A DNA stretch of 64,000 nucleotides. Origin: Phoronis australis (taxonomy: Eukaryota > Animalia > Phoronida). The stretch covers positions 25,596 through 89,595 of the forward strand of contig NMRA01000954.1 in NCBI GenBank assembly GCA_002633005.1, read 5' to 3'. The notes beneath the pieces were generated by a model, which was given only the letters and a program-made list of their open reading frames with translations, was not told the origin of the DNA and did no database searches. How positions within the stretch are numbered: the stretch's first letter is position 1; each line of letters begins with the position of its first letter. Below are positions 12,152-23,800 of the stretch, piece by piece. The position numbers and the translations under genes were made by a program.

Positions 12152-14672
12152 ATGCTATAAAGTCACTGATCTTTGGCCCAGGTCATTAAGTTACTTCTTT
12201 GAAAATAGTCTCAAATTGTTTCTTCCTCACATGAGAAGTGAGTTTTGGTTTTGTAAAGAATTTACAGTTTGTTATTGCAAGAGGTCATCATCGCCGAATG
12301 AAATGTCACGGTGTGAGCTGTCAACTTGTCCTATTTTGACGATGAGACAACTTGAGACCAATTTAATAACTGCAAGCTGTCTTCATCAACCGTTGTGGTG
12401 TAGTCCGTTTTGGAGTCGCTTTAGCTGTGCTTGTTTAAGAGTTTCGTGTTTATTTTAAAGATTTTTTTAATAATTACTTTTATTTTTGTATTGTTTATAC
12501 TTTACTTTTTAGACAGTATTACCAGAGTTTTGTAAGCGGTGGTACAAGTAATTGTGATAAAGCGTCACGTAATGCTACATTGTTAAAGTTGATGGTGTCT
12601 GTGGACAATGTATAACGCCACGGTGGATATTTTTTTGTTCCATTGTGCTCTACAATCCCGGTGTTCTTTAGCGTTTTTTATGAACTTACATTTGCCTCCT
12701 ATAAAATCACTATAGTCTTTGAACTTCCAAGCTTTCCTCTCAGTCATCTATTCTCACTCTTTTCCTGCGAAACACTATTAAAGCTGTGAAAGCCTGCATT
12801 TTTCATTTTTGCCAGTTCCGAGCAAACGTAACCTTTTTCAAAAATTGATGACAGGGAGTTTTTGATAGGATTTCCTTGTCTAATTTTTATGACATTTGTG
12901 GATTTCTGCACAAAGCTCGAACGTAAACGTGTTGTTAGCTTCGCGGCCGCAAAATGGGCAGCTAACGCACAATTTCTAGTTTTTGGTACCGAACGTCTAT
13001 CGAATGAGATGCACAGTGCCCAGTACTGAATATGCTTCTATTCGCTAGTTATTAAAGAACTCTTAAATTTATTGGCTTGCAAAATTTTTACTGTTTTACT
13101 GTTACTTAATTTCCTACTGTTACTGAGTTGATGAGGATTTCCAACCACGAACTCATTGACCCCCTTGCGTTCCTTCTCACGTCTGTTTTCCTGCCAACTC
13201 CGCCCGATCTATTTCCCATTTCAGTTACACTGAAAATTTGATTATCACTTTTGTTACCTTTAATTCCAAACAGAAGGTTACATCTCGTGTCACTGGATTT
13301 TGAAAATCATATCATTCGTGCCATCGGTTATCCGTTCTAACAATTTTATTTTTTATTTTTGAGACTGCTATTCTCTCAGAATTTTGTCCCTCCACGCTTT
13401 CTGCTATGCTATAACTTTTCAACAAACAAGTTTCACCGACTAACGTCATTTATGCTCATTTTAATGTTATCTGATGATGTGAATTTTACCTCTAAGACTG
13501 GTGCTATTTTGATCTTGTTACTGTTGAATCTTTAATAAAAATGATTGAAAACAACTTGGTTTTGTGTCCTTAGTCTGTTTGGCTTTCGAAATAGTGTGCA
13601 TGGACATACAGTTTAATTGAAGTCGGGTCATGGGGAGTTCAGGGATATTTCAATTTAAGTTAATGATAACTGGGTTAATTTAAGAAAACGACTTGAAAGG
13701 TTAGGCGAATAGAATGTCGCTGTTGAGCGCTCATTCGTAGCCTATCACATCATGGATTATGTACTTTATCCCATACGCGTTGAATCTGTCGACGGAAATA
13801 CGGCCATGTAATAAAGTTTTCCGTATTCACCTCCCGCACTACTTCAACAGTGACCTCTGACATGGAAAGTTCAAAAAGTAAGTAAATGTCGACTCGACGT
13901 CTTCAGCCGGTTCGATCATCAAAGTTTCCGAAGTAATACAGTTGCAACAGTGTAACTAATACTCGACATGCAACCAGGCCCTAAACGTAAAATCTGGAAC
14001 AAAACTGTTAATTATAAGACACTTTCTCTAAGTTGTCAATTGCTGAATACTATCGTCTGCAACTCAGGCGCCAATTCCTAGAAAATTAAAATATCAAAAA
14101 TTGTTGTTTTTAACCATTTCCAGGAGATGTTACAAGTTCACTGCACAGTTGCCGTTGTTTTCATCTTTGTTACCTCATTTCAAGAAATAAATCGTTACTT
14201 TTAAAACTGTTTCTTTTACAAGATAAAACTTGCAACCTAACGCGCAAGTACATACATATAGGATGTGATCCGCCATGCGAACAGTCTGGGTCGAGTATTT
14301 GAAAAATCTGCCGAAAAATGTAAGAAACTTAGGAATTCGAAGCGTATGGGATAAATACAATTCGGTCTCGGTCGATACGCGGAATAATGTCTCGTGGTAT
14401 ATTACTTCATGTAGGCCACTCTCGGTACGTTTCGCGTATATATCAATAGTCACTGATGAGAAACGGCGGGAAATAGCGTCGCGTTTCATTTAGCGTATTT
14501 CGTGCATCATCCACCAGTTCTGGTGTGCTGGTCAATTTTTTCCAAATAGAGCATTCCACAGCCAATACATAGGATTCTGTGCTACGCTGCAGTTGTTAAT
14601 TTTGACCAGGCATTCCACGTAGTCATCACCAAAAAGTAATCCGAGGTCTACCGAGAAATAACTCCTGTTGTT

Positions 14673-14838
14673 ATGACGTCGAGTGTAGTCACAGAACAGC
14701 CGCTTGCAGCCGGCGTGATTGAGTCGTCTGTTGACCAGGGGATGGGATTCACACTTCCTGTGAACTTGCCAGCCCCACTGTCGCGCTTAGAGTCTTGTAA
14801 CCGGATAAGATTATCCCAAATCTTTGACACGTTAGAAG
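14673..14838 (+). CDS. PLSCR: PLSCR exon 1 (start codon)
   Basis: MTSSVVTEQP...PVNLPAPLSRLESCNRIRLSQIFDTLE, G|gtaact donor. Confidence 0.8.
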
Positions 14839-17800
14839 GTAACTTCGCCTTTTATTATGCGTCCACATATTCATGAGAGATTTTGTTTTATGCACCACAT
14901 GGTGGCCATTTAAAAAAATCCCCACGTTTTGTACGTCCGCCACTGCGAAACTAAGCAAAAAAATTATGAAAATTGACGCTTGTGTTCCTGATGAGAAGAC
15001 CGCGACTGAAGTTGATTTTCGGACGATTTCGACTACTCTGGCAATTTTACTTTTTCGTCTCCACGGCTGCAGAAATAGGCTGACACTTTTACTTTACTGT
15101 TGTGTTTGTTTACTACCAGTTAGTAATTAATGGGAGAACACTGTTTGTACTTGATTTATGTTTTGGTTCGATTATACTCCCGTGAATGATGAAAATTTGG
15201 CGCTACCGTGGGAGGGGGAGGTGGAAAGAGAATAGTGAAAGGTCTGCTAAGGTTTTTTCTCATCTCCGTTGCAGTACCTGTCTACAAGCATGCCAGGGGC
15301 GGATCCAGGATTTTGAGTTGGGGGAAAGGGCAGAGTATTCATAGGCGGATTTAGGGGGGGGGGGGCCGGCCCCCATTGGCCGCCGCAAAAAAGCAAGAGC
15401 GTAGGGAAATGTTGAGTTTGTTAATTAACCCCGGTAATTAAAATTATACGTCTGAAACAAGATTTAAATGTGTGCAGTTTTATTGTTTGGGGGGGGGCTC
15501 AGATCCAATTTCAATTCGGAACATGAAAAAACAGAAGCTGCTGGTAAGATATCAATTTTAATCGAAGCCTTAGTGAATCACTCAGAAACTCATAATTCTC
15601 TCTTTGTCAAACCTTAACTTAAGACGATTTCCAAAGCAATTGCGTCATTTTTGCCAACCCCAAAAACGGATTTGGTCTTTTGGGCAATTGAAGACTATTT
15701 TAAATACAACAAATTTGATACGAACTGATTCACAAAATATAAAACATGTAATAAGCATTACAAAAAGAAGGAGGTTTCGCGAGCAAGCGCTGTGGACCAT
15801 AAACAAGTAGGTCACTTGGTATCAAATAAGGAGTTCAATCGTGGAGGTGCAGTGGTAAAGCACGCGCGCTCTATCCGCCAGGTCGTGAGTTCGAGTCTGT
15901 GGTACATGGAGTTTTTCTCGTTTGTCACTTTCTCCGCATTTTTTTGCCTTTTTTTCTTGGATAATACTTCGGGAATCAAGGAAAATGCTTGATTTTTAGA
16001 GGAAAAAACAGAAAAAATTCCTGGGCGGGAGGGGGCAACCCCCCGACCTCCCCCCATTGTGTGCTGTGCGCAAATGCTTACAGACAAAATGTTGGGCCCC
16101 CCATTGTGATATCCTAGATTCGCCACTGGTATTAGCCAGGATTTTGCCCTTCAGACATTCGTACCCCCCGAACTTCCAAATGAAATCTGGGAGAATGTTA
16201 AGGGGGGGCATGGCCCCCTTGGCCTCCCTCTAAATCCGCCACTGCATGCGGCTAGGAAACAACTGTGTTCAGACCAATGAACTATGTGAATGGACTATAG
16301 TTATATCATTGGTTCAGACTCTCCTAGACGAGGAATAAGTAACAGGGACCATGCCTTAAGCACCCTTTACAATAGGGGTAATGAGATGGGCACAGTTCTA
16401 GCTCATGGTGAAAAACACGGGTGGCACTTTTCCTTTTGACTGGATATAAATATCGCCCCTGATCTGGAACCCCGGCTGCACCACTATTATATCCTAGATG
16501 GCTGTTGACCCCAGTCTTTGTGTTCTACGTTTAAAGCTGCACCTCCCGTCTGCTCAATGCAGTGAGCTAAAAGTAATCTACGTTTCTAAAAGGAACATTG
16601 TGAAAAATGCCCATGAGGCCATTCAAGTTGGCCTGGTCTCAATGCCGCACTGGTGTTGGCTTGACCCAGCGGCTCGTCACATGTTTCCACCTACCGCTTT
16701 TTATTATATGGTAAACGATCTAAGCCTGTTGGATCTGATGGCACACAGCTGGCCAGTTAGTTGCCTATGACTGAAATTCAGAATTTATACAGCTTTGCGC
16801 TAAGGCTGGGTTCAACCAAATTAGACCTGAAGCTATAACGTAGGAGGTTCCTGGCAACACCTCGTCTTGATCAAAGTGGCCACTTGTGCTGTCCTGCAAA
16901 ACACTGACAGGAGTTTTCCACCAAAATACTATAACCTAACATTAAAAAAGTCCCTGGTTGATTACAAAGCAATGCTTCAACTGTAAAGTGCTGATGACTG
17001 CTCGACTTTCTGAAGGGAAACATCGTTTTCGGTGCGGCTCACAGGTTTTTGTCTCTGGATGCAGGCTACCGGCGTTTTCCGTAGATAAGCCCACCCGATG
17101 AAACGCCCATGTGCGTTTATTCGGAAAATTATGCCGAATTTACACCCATGGGCGTTTATTTGGTGTTGCAACTTCTCGTGTCAAGTGTCCAGATAGTGGT
17201 GCGTTTAGTTGGAAAATTTCCTTTTAAAAGCCCACTTAGCGTCAACTTTTTGTCACAAAGTCAGTTTTGTGGAGCATTTATCAATTATAAAAACGAATGA
17301 AGTGTTGCCGAACTATGCATTTATTACTATAGAATTTTTAAAAACAGTTTTAAATAAAAAATCAGTCATTAAACCTCTTAATCTACGTGTATTCAGTCCA
17401 TGTCAATGTTTTCATCCAGCTCCTCCTCGCTATTTCTTTCCACCTCTGAGTCGCTAAAGGGATCCCGCGACTTGACGTCCATCTCTTGGATATCCGAGTT
17501 GTATCCTATGTTTCGGGTTTCAATAATACGGTAGAGTCCATTTGCCCATCAACATTCGAATGCTCTGATAATGATGTCTTGCGAGATTTTCCACATGGCT
17601 GAAGATACAAATTCCAGAAGTTTCTCGTAGGATGGGGGGCTGCGATATCCTCTCGGGGGTGTTTTCTTTTTCTCGCCGCCGTTTTCAAGTCAATGAGAAA
17701 CCGCCGGACCCAAAACATGACCGCCGGTCCTCCATATCGGACTAACTCACCACTAAACAGGATCTACGGGATCAAATGGGACAGACGCACCTAAAAACAT

Positions 17801-20800
17801 AACCGCTCCACCACAAAACTGGACCGCCGCAGACCAAACGTGACCGCCGGACAAAATCTAAATGATCAACGTCTTTGTGTGATTGTGCGGGGTATGACGT
17901 AACCGGCCAGCTTGATGCATGAAGACTTGGCAATAAGCTTGGTAGCAATGTGTGTTGAGCTCCGTTAGACCCCGATATGTCACACGCTCGAACTTATTAT
18001 TTTTTCACAATACGTGGTGGGAGTATTCAAGCCGAAGTTCATAGATTTTCTACTAAATGTCCTTGGGTGCTATCAACTTTGCCACAAGGAGGTCTAGAAG
18101 TGCCATGTACATTAATTTTCTTGTCCTGCTGGGCAGATGTCGCAAAAATTGATAAGTTGCTACACAATTAACGTTGTTAACAGGTATCAACATTCCTTTT
18201 AAGGACTACCAATCCACCCAGAAGGACTGTTTTGACTTACAAAGATACATATCGCGCATCATGCTGGTATTTACGTAGCCAAAATTGACTTTCCGTTTAC
18301 ACGCCCCCTTTTCCGAATAAACGCCAGGGCGTTTATTGGGTGTTACTAAAATGCCTGAAAATTTTCACTTTCCAAATACACGCCCAGGAGCTTATCTACG
18401 GAAAACCCCGGTAACAATATTGTCGCCTATTTACAGTCGTAACGGGATGTGAAATGAGAAACAGATACTTAATAGTGAACGATTCCAGCCAACAGATATT
18501 CAGAGCTACTGAAGGTGAGAGATTAGATCTATCTTGTCACTGAGATTTACCATAAGTAATGAACTTCCTACTAAAACTGGATTATATGGCTTTGTCGTAG
18601 TTTAAAATGATTTCACTTTTGTGGGATTTTGTCCGGGCGTTAACTGAAGACTATTTTTCAATTTTTACAAAGACATTATAACAACTTAGTTTATTTTGTG
18701 ATAAAGATTTTTGTGCAATATGCAAAACATTTCGTCGTGGAATACGTCACTTATAACAAACCTTTATAAAAGAGCCAAAGTTGTTCGATTACGTCCACTA
18801 TTCCACGTTAGTGTTCACGTGTTCTGATTTTTTCTGTGGCGGCACATTTATTGCTCTCTATCCGGAATATTTTCAGAATCCGGGAACTGCTTGATTCGAA
18901 ATTGCTTCAAACAAATGCGCCCTTTTGAGATGATCATCAGCGATTGTGTCGCTGAGCCCGTAATGAAGCTCACTCGTCCCCTCCGGTGTCAAGGCTGCTG
19001 CTGCTGTTGTTGCCTGCAGTTTATGAACATAGAGTGCCCCCCGGGCCAAGTCGTTGCAGTTGTCAAGGAAGAGTAAGTCTGTCACCGAGAAATTGGCTTT
19101 ACATTTGTCCACATCATGCATTTCAATAACAGGAAGGTAATGCATACCTGATAATAATAACATGTAGAGTCAAGTACATGTATAAATGAAGCCGCTTAAA
19201 AGCGGAGTGTGAACTAGGGAATGTGTTGCTAGATAACTTTTATTCCATGTTAAGGAATTATACAAGAAGTGATATAATTACTGCCAGCAAATCGAAAACA
19301 TTAAATGCAGGCAGATTAACAATTATAACAATAAATATAAAAAGAAATGTCACTGACAGATATCAAAATTACTAGAGACAATTTCTATGGTATAACAACA
19401 TAATGCATATGATATTAAATGATCTAGCTACAATTACACAGACAAACACGAATAAACACAAAAAGGCTGTTCAAGGTTACTAAACCTCGTTTTGATGATT
19501 TCAACCAATCCTCGTTCTGTCACTTTCTAATGCATCATTAGCGTCAACCTTGTTTTGATGATTTCAATCAATCCTCGTTCTGTCATTTTCTAAGGCATCA
19601 TTGGCGTCAACCTTGCAAGTTAAAACCTCATACTCCCTGTATCACAAATTGGATTTTATGGTCCGTGGTGAATGGTCTTTTCCCACACCTTTAGCGGAGT
19701 TGCATCGCTGCCATATTGGAAATGGGTCAGAATGTTGCATTGTCGGTAAACAAGTACGTCGGCAAGCGTGGGGGCGAACCGGCCACAGGGAGGTTATACG
19801 TGTTGTGTGCCTGGCTGCTATAATACCAGTTAGCGAGATAAAGAATTAAGTTACTACCTGTTTCCCAAGGAGCAAGAACTGCGTAAAAATGGGTCAGACA
19901 CATCGGTGGAGCTGGTAGCAAAGGCCGACTTTTTAAAAAAAAATTTTTATTCTCCCAGTTCAACATAAGTAAGGAAAAAGGTCTGGGGTTCCCTTGCCTT
20001 ACTTTACAGTTCAATGAAAATAAAGTTTACTAAGTTAAATGTATACTTGAACCGGATTTTAGAAATACATTTAACAAAAAGAAAAAAACATACAAGACAG
20101 TGTAGTAGTATATGGCTCTGAAAAGGGGAGAGAGTATTTTGGAATGATAAAATATCCTTACATTGCTATTAAATTATGCATTTGTGACCACATGTTTGTA
20201 TTTTTTCCATTTGTAAATTTTTTGAATTAATATGTTTTTCACAGGAATAATAACTGTTAATTTCTTTTGTTAATATAATTAAATTTGGGGGTTTACCCTT
20301 GTGACGTTGCTTATATAAATGGAACTTGCAGAATTGGCTGCCTTCTGCATCCGTTTCCAAAGAAAACTGTAAGCACATTTGTACCTAGGGAAATATTTTT
20401 TTTTTCTAACCCAATCTTCGACATTGTTCCAAAAATTTTGAACATCACATTGCGAGCATAAGTGAAACAAAGTCTCAGGTTCACTCTTACAAAACGTACA
20501 CAAGGGGGAGCTACTTACCCCAATTTTGACATGTCAGACGATTGACTGTGGATTTGTTTAAAAGGTAGCTATGCTTTGAGATTGTGCGTAGATGGAAAGA
20601 GAATAATCAAATCCAATAATTAATTTAATATATGATAACCCCTAATTAGACAAATGAAACCTATTGCTAATTAAGTAATCAACTACAAAGAGTAACTACA
20701 CTAGCGCCCTCTTTAAAGATTACTTTAATCAAACAACCAAAACGATCAAATGTCTTATCTGCTATCCAAGCTAGGACTCTCCACTTGTTGGATGCATGTC

Positions 20801-23800
20801 CTGTTGGTGAATCTTCGAACTACACACACTGTATAGCGACAGTGCACTTGCTGGTCACCGTCTCTGGTAATGCAACACTTGCAGGCAATTTCTTCTACCC
20901 GCGATTCTTCTTGCTGGTCACAGTCTCTGGCTGATGACGCAACACTTCAGGTAGTATCTTACTACCCACAATGCAAGTGACAAGCTCTTAGTTAACTTCC
21001 TGTTCGTTAACCCTTGCCCTTGCCAAGATCCTTTCTAGAATCTTCCACGAGATGCCTCTGTCGTACAATTGCTTCTGTACACCGTAGCAAGTCTTTATGC
21101 TTCAACTACAATAGCGCATCTAATTATCTTGTTGATTTCAGCCCATAATATAACATTCTACTTATTTAGTGATTGGCTGATAAAAACCACATGATCATGT
21201 CCACTCGTATTATTGGCTGTTACAATTTGTTCTCATAATATTCTAGAATATCTAGAGTACTTTGACCCCAGAACCCAAAGTTGTAAACACCATCTAAAAC
21301 TGATTTTGACGTTAAAATACATGTCAACAAGTCTGATCCCATGATTTAAAAGTACATATGCACAAATTTTGGGCAACTTAAAATGGACCTATTCTTACTA
21401 ATTACTTAATCAATATTTATTCTGACATGACAAGATAAGAGTTACAGCTAATTATCCTATGTGACAGTCTAAATTGAAAAAAACAACGAAGTTTCACATC
21501 AAGTGTAAAGTTCACAAAGTAGGCATTTTTCCACCATTAAATAGTGTCTGGTATAGCAAGTTCTGCCTGCCACTTCATCTCAGACCTAAGCCTGGCATAT
21601 TTGTTTAGCACAAAAGTGTTGTTTTTATGTTTTGTGCCCTTTTTGTCTGCAAGTAATAATTTCACAAAAATTGGGATAGAGGGTGCATAGAAGGAAAACT
21701 TGTCTCTTTTTTGAGATTTTCCATTTTTAACAAACAGCCTCTTTGACCCCATAAAAATTCAAAAATATTGGTCTAAAATTGAACTTTTTGTAAAAATCTT
21801 CAAAAGATAACATATATCCATGCTCGTCTAGTAGGTCTGAGATATAATAAACACCCTTTTCAAACCATCTTCTCCAAAACACAGTTTCTCCACCAATCAA
21901 TATATTAGTGTTATACAAAATTGGCTGATATGGTATTTCCTCCTGATCTATTATATTAGAAAAATCATACAGAAAGTTAAATAGTTCCTTCCAAAAAGGG
22001 TTCTCAGTTTGAGATGCTGCATATTTGTAGAAATAGTTCCCAAATTTTAGACACTCCAATGATATCAAATCAGTGTTTAAGAGGAGACTTAACCATGCTG
22101 TAGAATTTGTGACTTTTAAGATCCTACGCATCCATGTTATCTTAATTGCCTTTTATTTACAAAAGAGTAAACATCTATCATTTTACAACCACCAGATTCA
22201 TAATGTTGAATCATGGTTTTGCGCCTAATTTTGTCACACTTTCCTCCCCAAATATAATGAAAAAGCAGTTTTTCTAAATCTTTACAGAACAGATTGCTGG
22301 GGATTGGCAAACATGATAAAACATGAATCAGTTTTGGTAGAAGAAATGATTTGACCACCGTAACTTTACCAAGAGTACTTAAGTTTCTTTTTGACCATCT
22401 TATAATTTCTTTTAAATATCAACCAACTTGCGATCAAAATTTAAATTACTCATTTCCTGGATGTCAGTAGAAAAAACAATCCCGAGCATATAGTAAACTG
22501 TGAGCTAGACCATTTTAAGTCCTTTTCAGAGCATACCCTTGAATTACTTTGCCTTATAGAACCTATCCAGACACAAGTTGTCTTTTCAAAATTAGGAGTT
22601 AGACCTGAATACTTCGAGAACTGGTCAAGCAGATCAAGAGAGTTTTTTAATGATCTTTCGAGGATGATAGCAGTGTCACCTGCATATTGGACTAGTTTAA
22701 ATTCTTGATCTCCAATCTGCATACCTTTTATATTTTTGTTTTTTCCTAAAGAGATTTCCCATATTCTCAGCACATAGTAGAAAAAGATAGGGAGATAAAG
22801 GGTCTCCTTGTTTACAACCTCTACCCATTTCAAAAAATTGAGAGGTTTTTCCATATTGAATTGCACAAGCCATAGCTCCCTCATTGAGCAACGATACCCA
22901 CTTTTTGAAGTTTGGGCCAAAATTAAAAAGACAGGGTTTTTAGTAGAAATACCTAGGAAACTGAGTCGAACGCCTTCTCAAAATCCACCAGGACCAGTAA
23001 TCCAGGGATGTTCAATTGGTCAGTTGCACAGATAAGATCATAAATTAATCGAATATTTTCGCCAATAAATCTACCGGCAATAAAACCTTTCTGGTTTTCG
23101 TGGATCAAGCAATTTCAGACAGCCTTAACACGTTCACCAATACATGTTGAAATTAATTTATAATTTATATTGAGCAATGAAATTGGCCTCCAGTTTTTTA
23201 GTAGTTCCCTAGGTTTGTTAGCTTTTGGAATAATTTGGATCACACCTTGTTTTACAGCGGATGGTAGGGAATTCTGTGAAAACATACAATTAAAAGCTGC
23301 CACTAAACCATCTCCCAAATCTGACCAGAAAAATTTGTAAAATTCCACTGTAAAACCGTCGGGACCTGGGGTCGTATTATTTTTCATCTTTTTGAGAACA
23401 AATAGAATTTCAGCATAAGTAACATTTCCTTCCAAAGGCCGACTTAGTGAATTCTTTCCGACTTCGTGGCATAAAGTATGCAGCGCTCATTTTGAGGGCG
23501 GCAAGAAAACGTATCTAGGAAACTGCCCAACAATATTTCCCTTGAAAGAAATAGTAACAAATACTCCACGGCGGAGGGTAGGAAAAAAAATTGTTTTCGC
23601 TTGACCAAAACCAAGCCAACCTGAGCAATTTTGAGGATAATGCCTCTGCACAATCACCTGTTCTGGGTCGACTCACTAAAACGCACACTATGCATTAACG
23701 TGCTAAGACCAAGTTCACAATATTATTAATTACTTTCTACAAAATTGTGGTGCATTGTTATCAAAATTCGTTGTTAAATTACGATCATTTTTCAGAAAAT

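Larger units (their letters stand above)
15294..16244. mobile_element. hAT5-like MITE (TSD CATGC) hosting a nested MITE
   Basis: CAGGGGCGGATCCAG ... TAAATCCGCCACTG flanked by catgc/catgc; homologous uninterrupted copy at 28529-28677. Confidence 0.8.
19789..23550 (+). pseudogene. THAP zinc-finger remnant of a DNA transposon (ISL2EU/Harbinger-type), split by a LINE
   Basis: Left half [37 protein letters not shown]..SKGRL (19789-19931) joins right half KGRLSEFFPTSWHKVCSAHFEGGKKTYLGNCPTIFP (23433-23550) across the LINE TSD. Confidence 0.8.

Noticed and set aside
16280-16560. SINE body in PLSCR intron 1
   Set aside because: Only vague resemblance to invertebrate SINE cores; no clear head, tail or TSD
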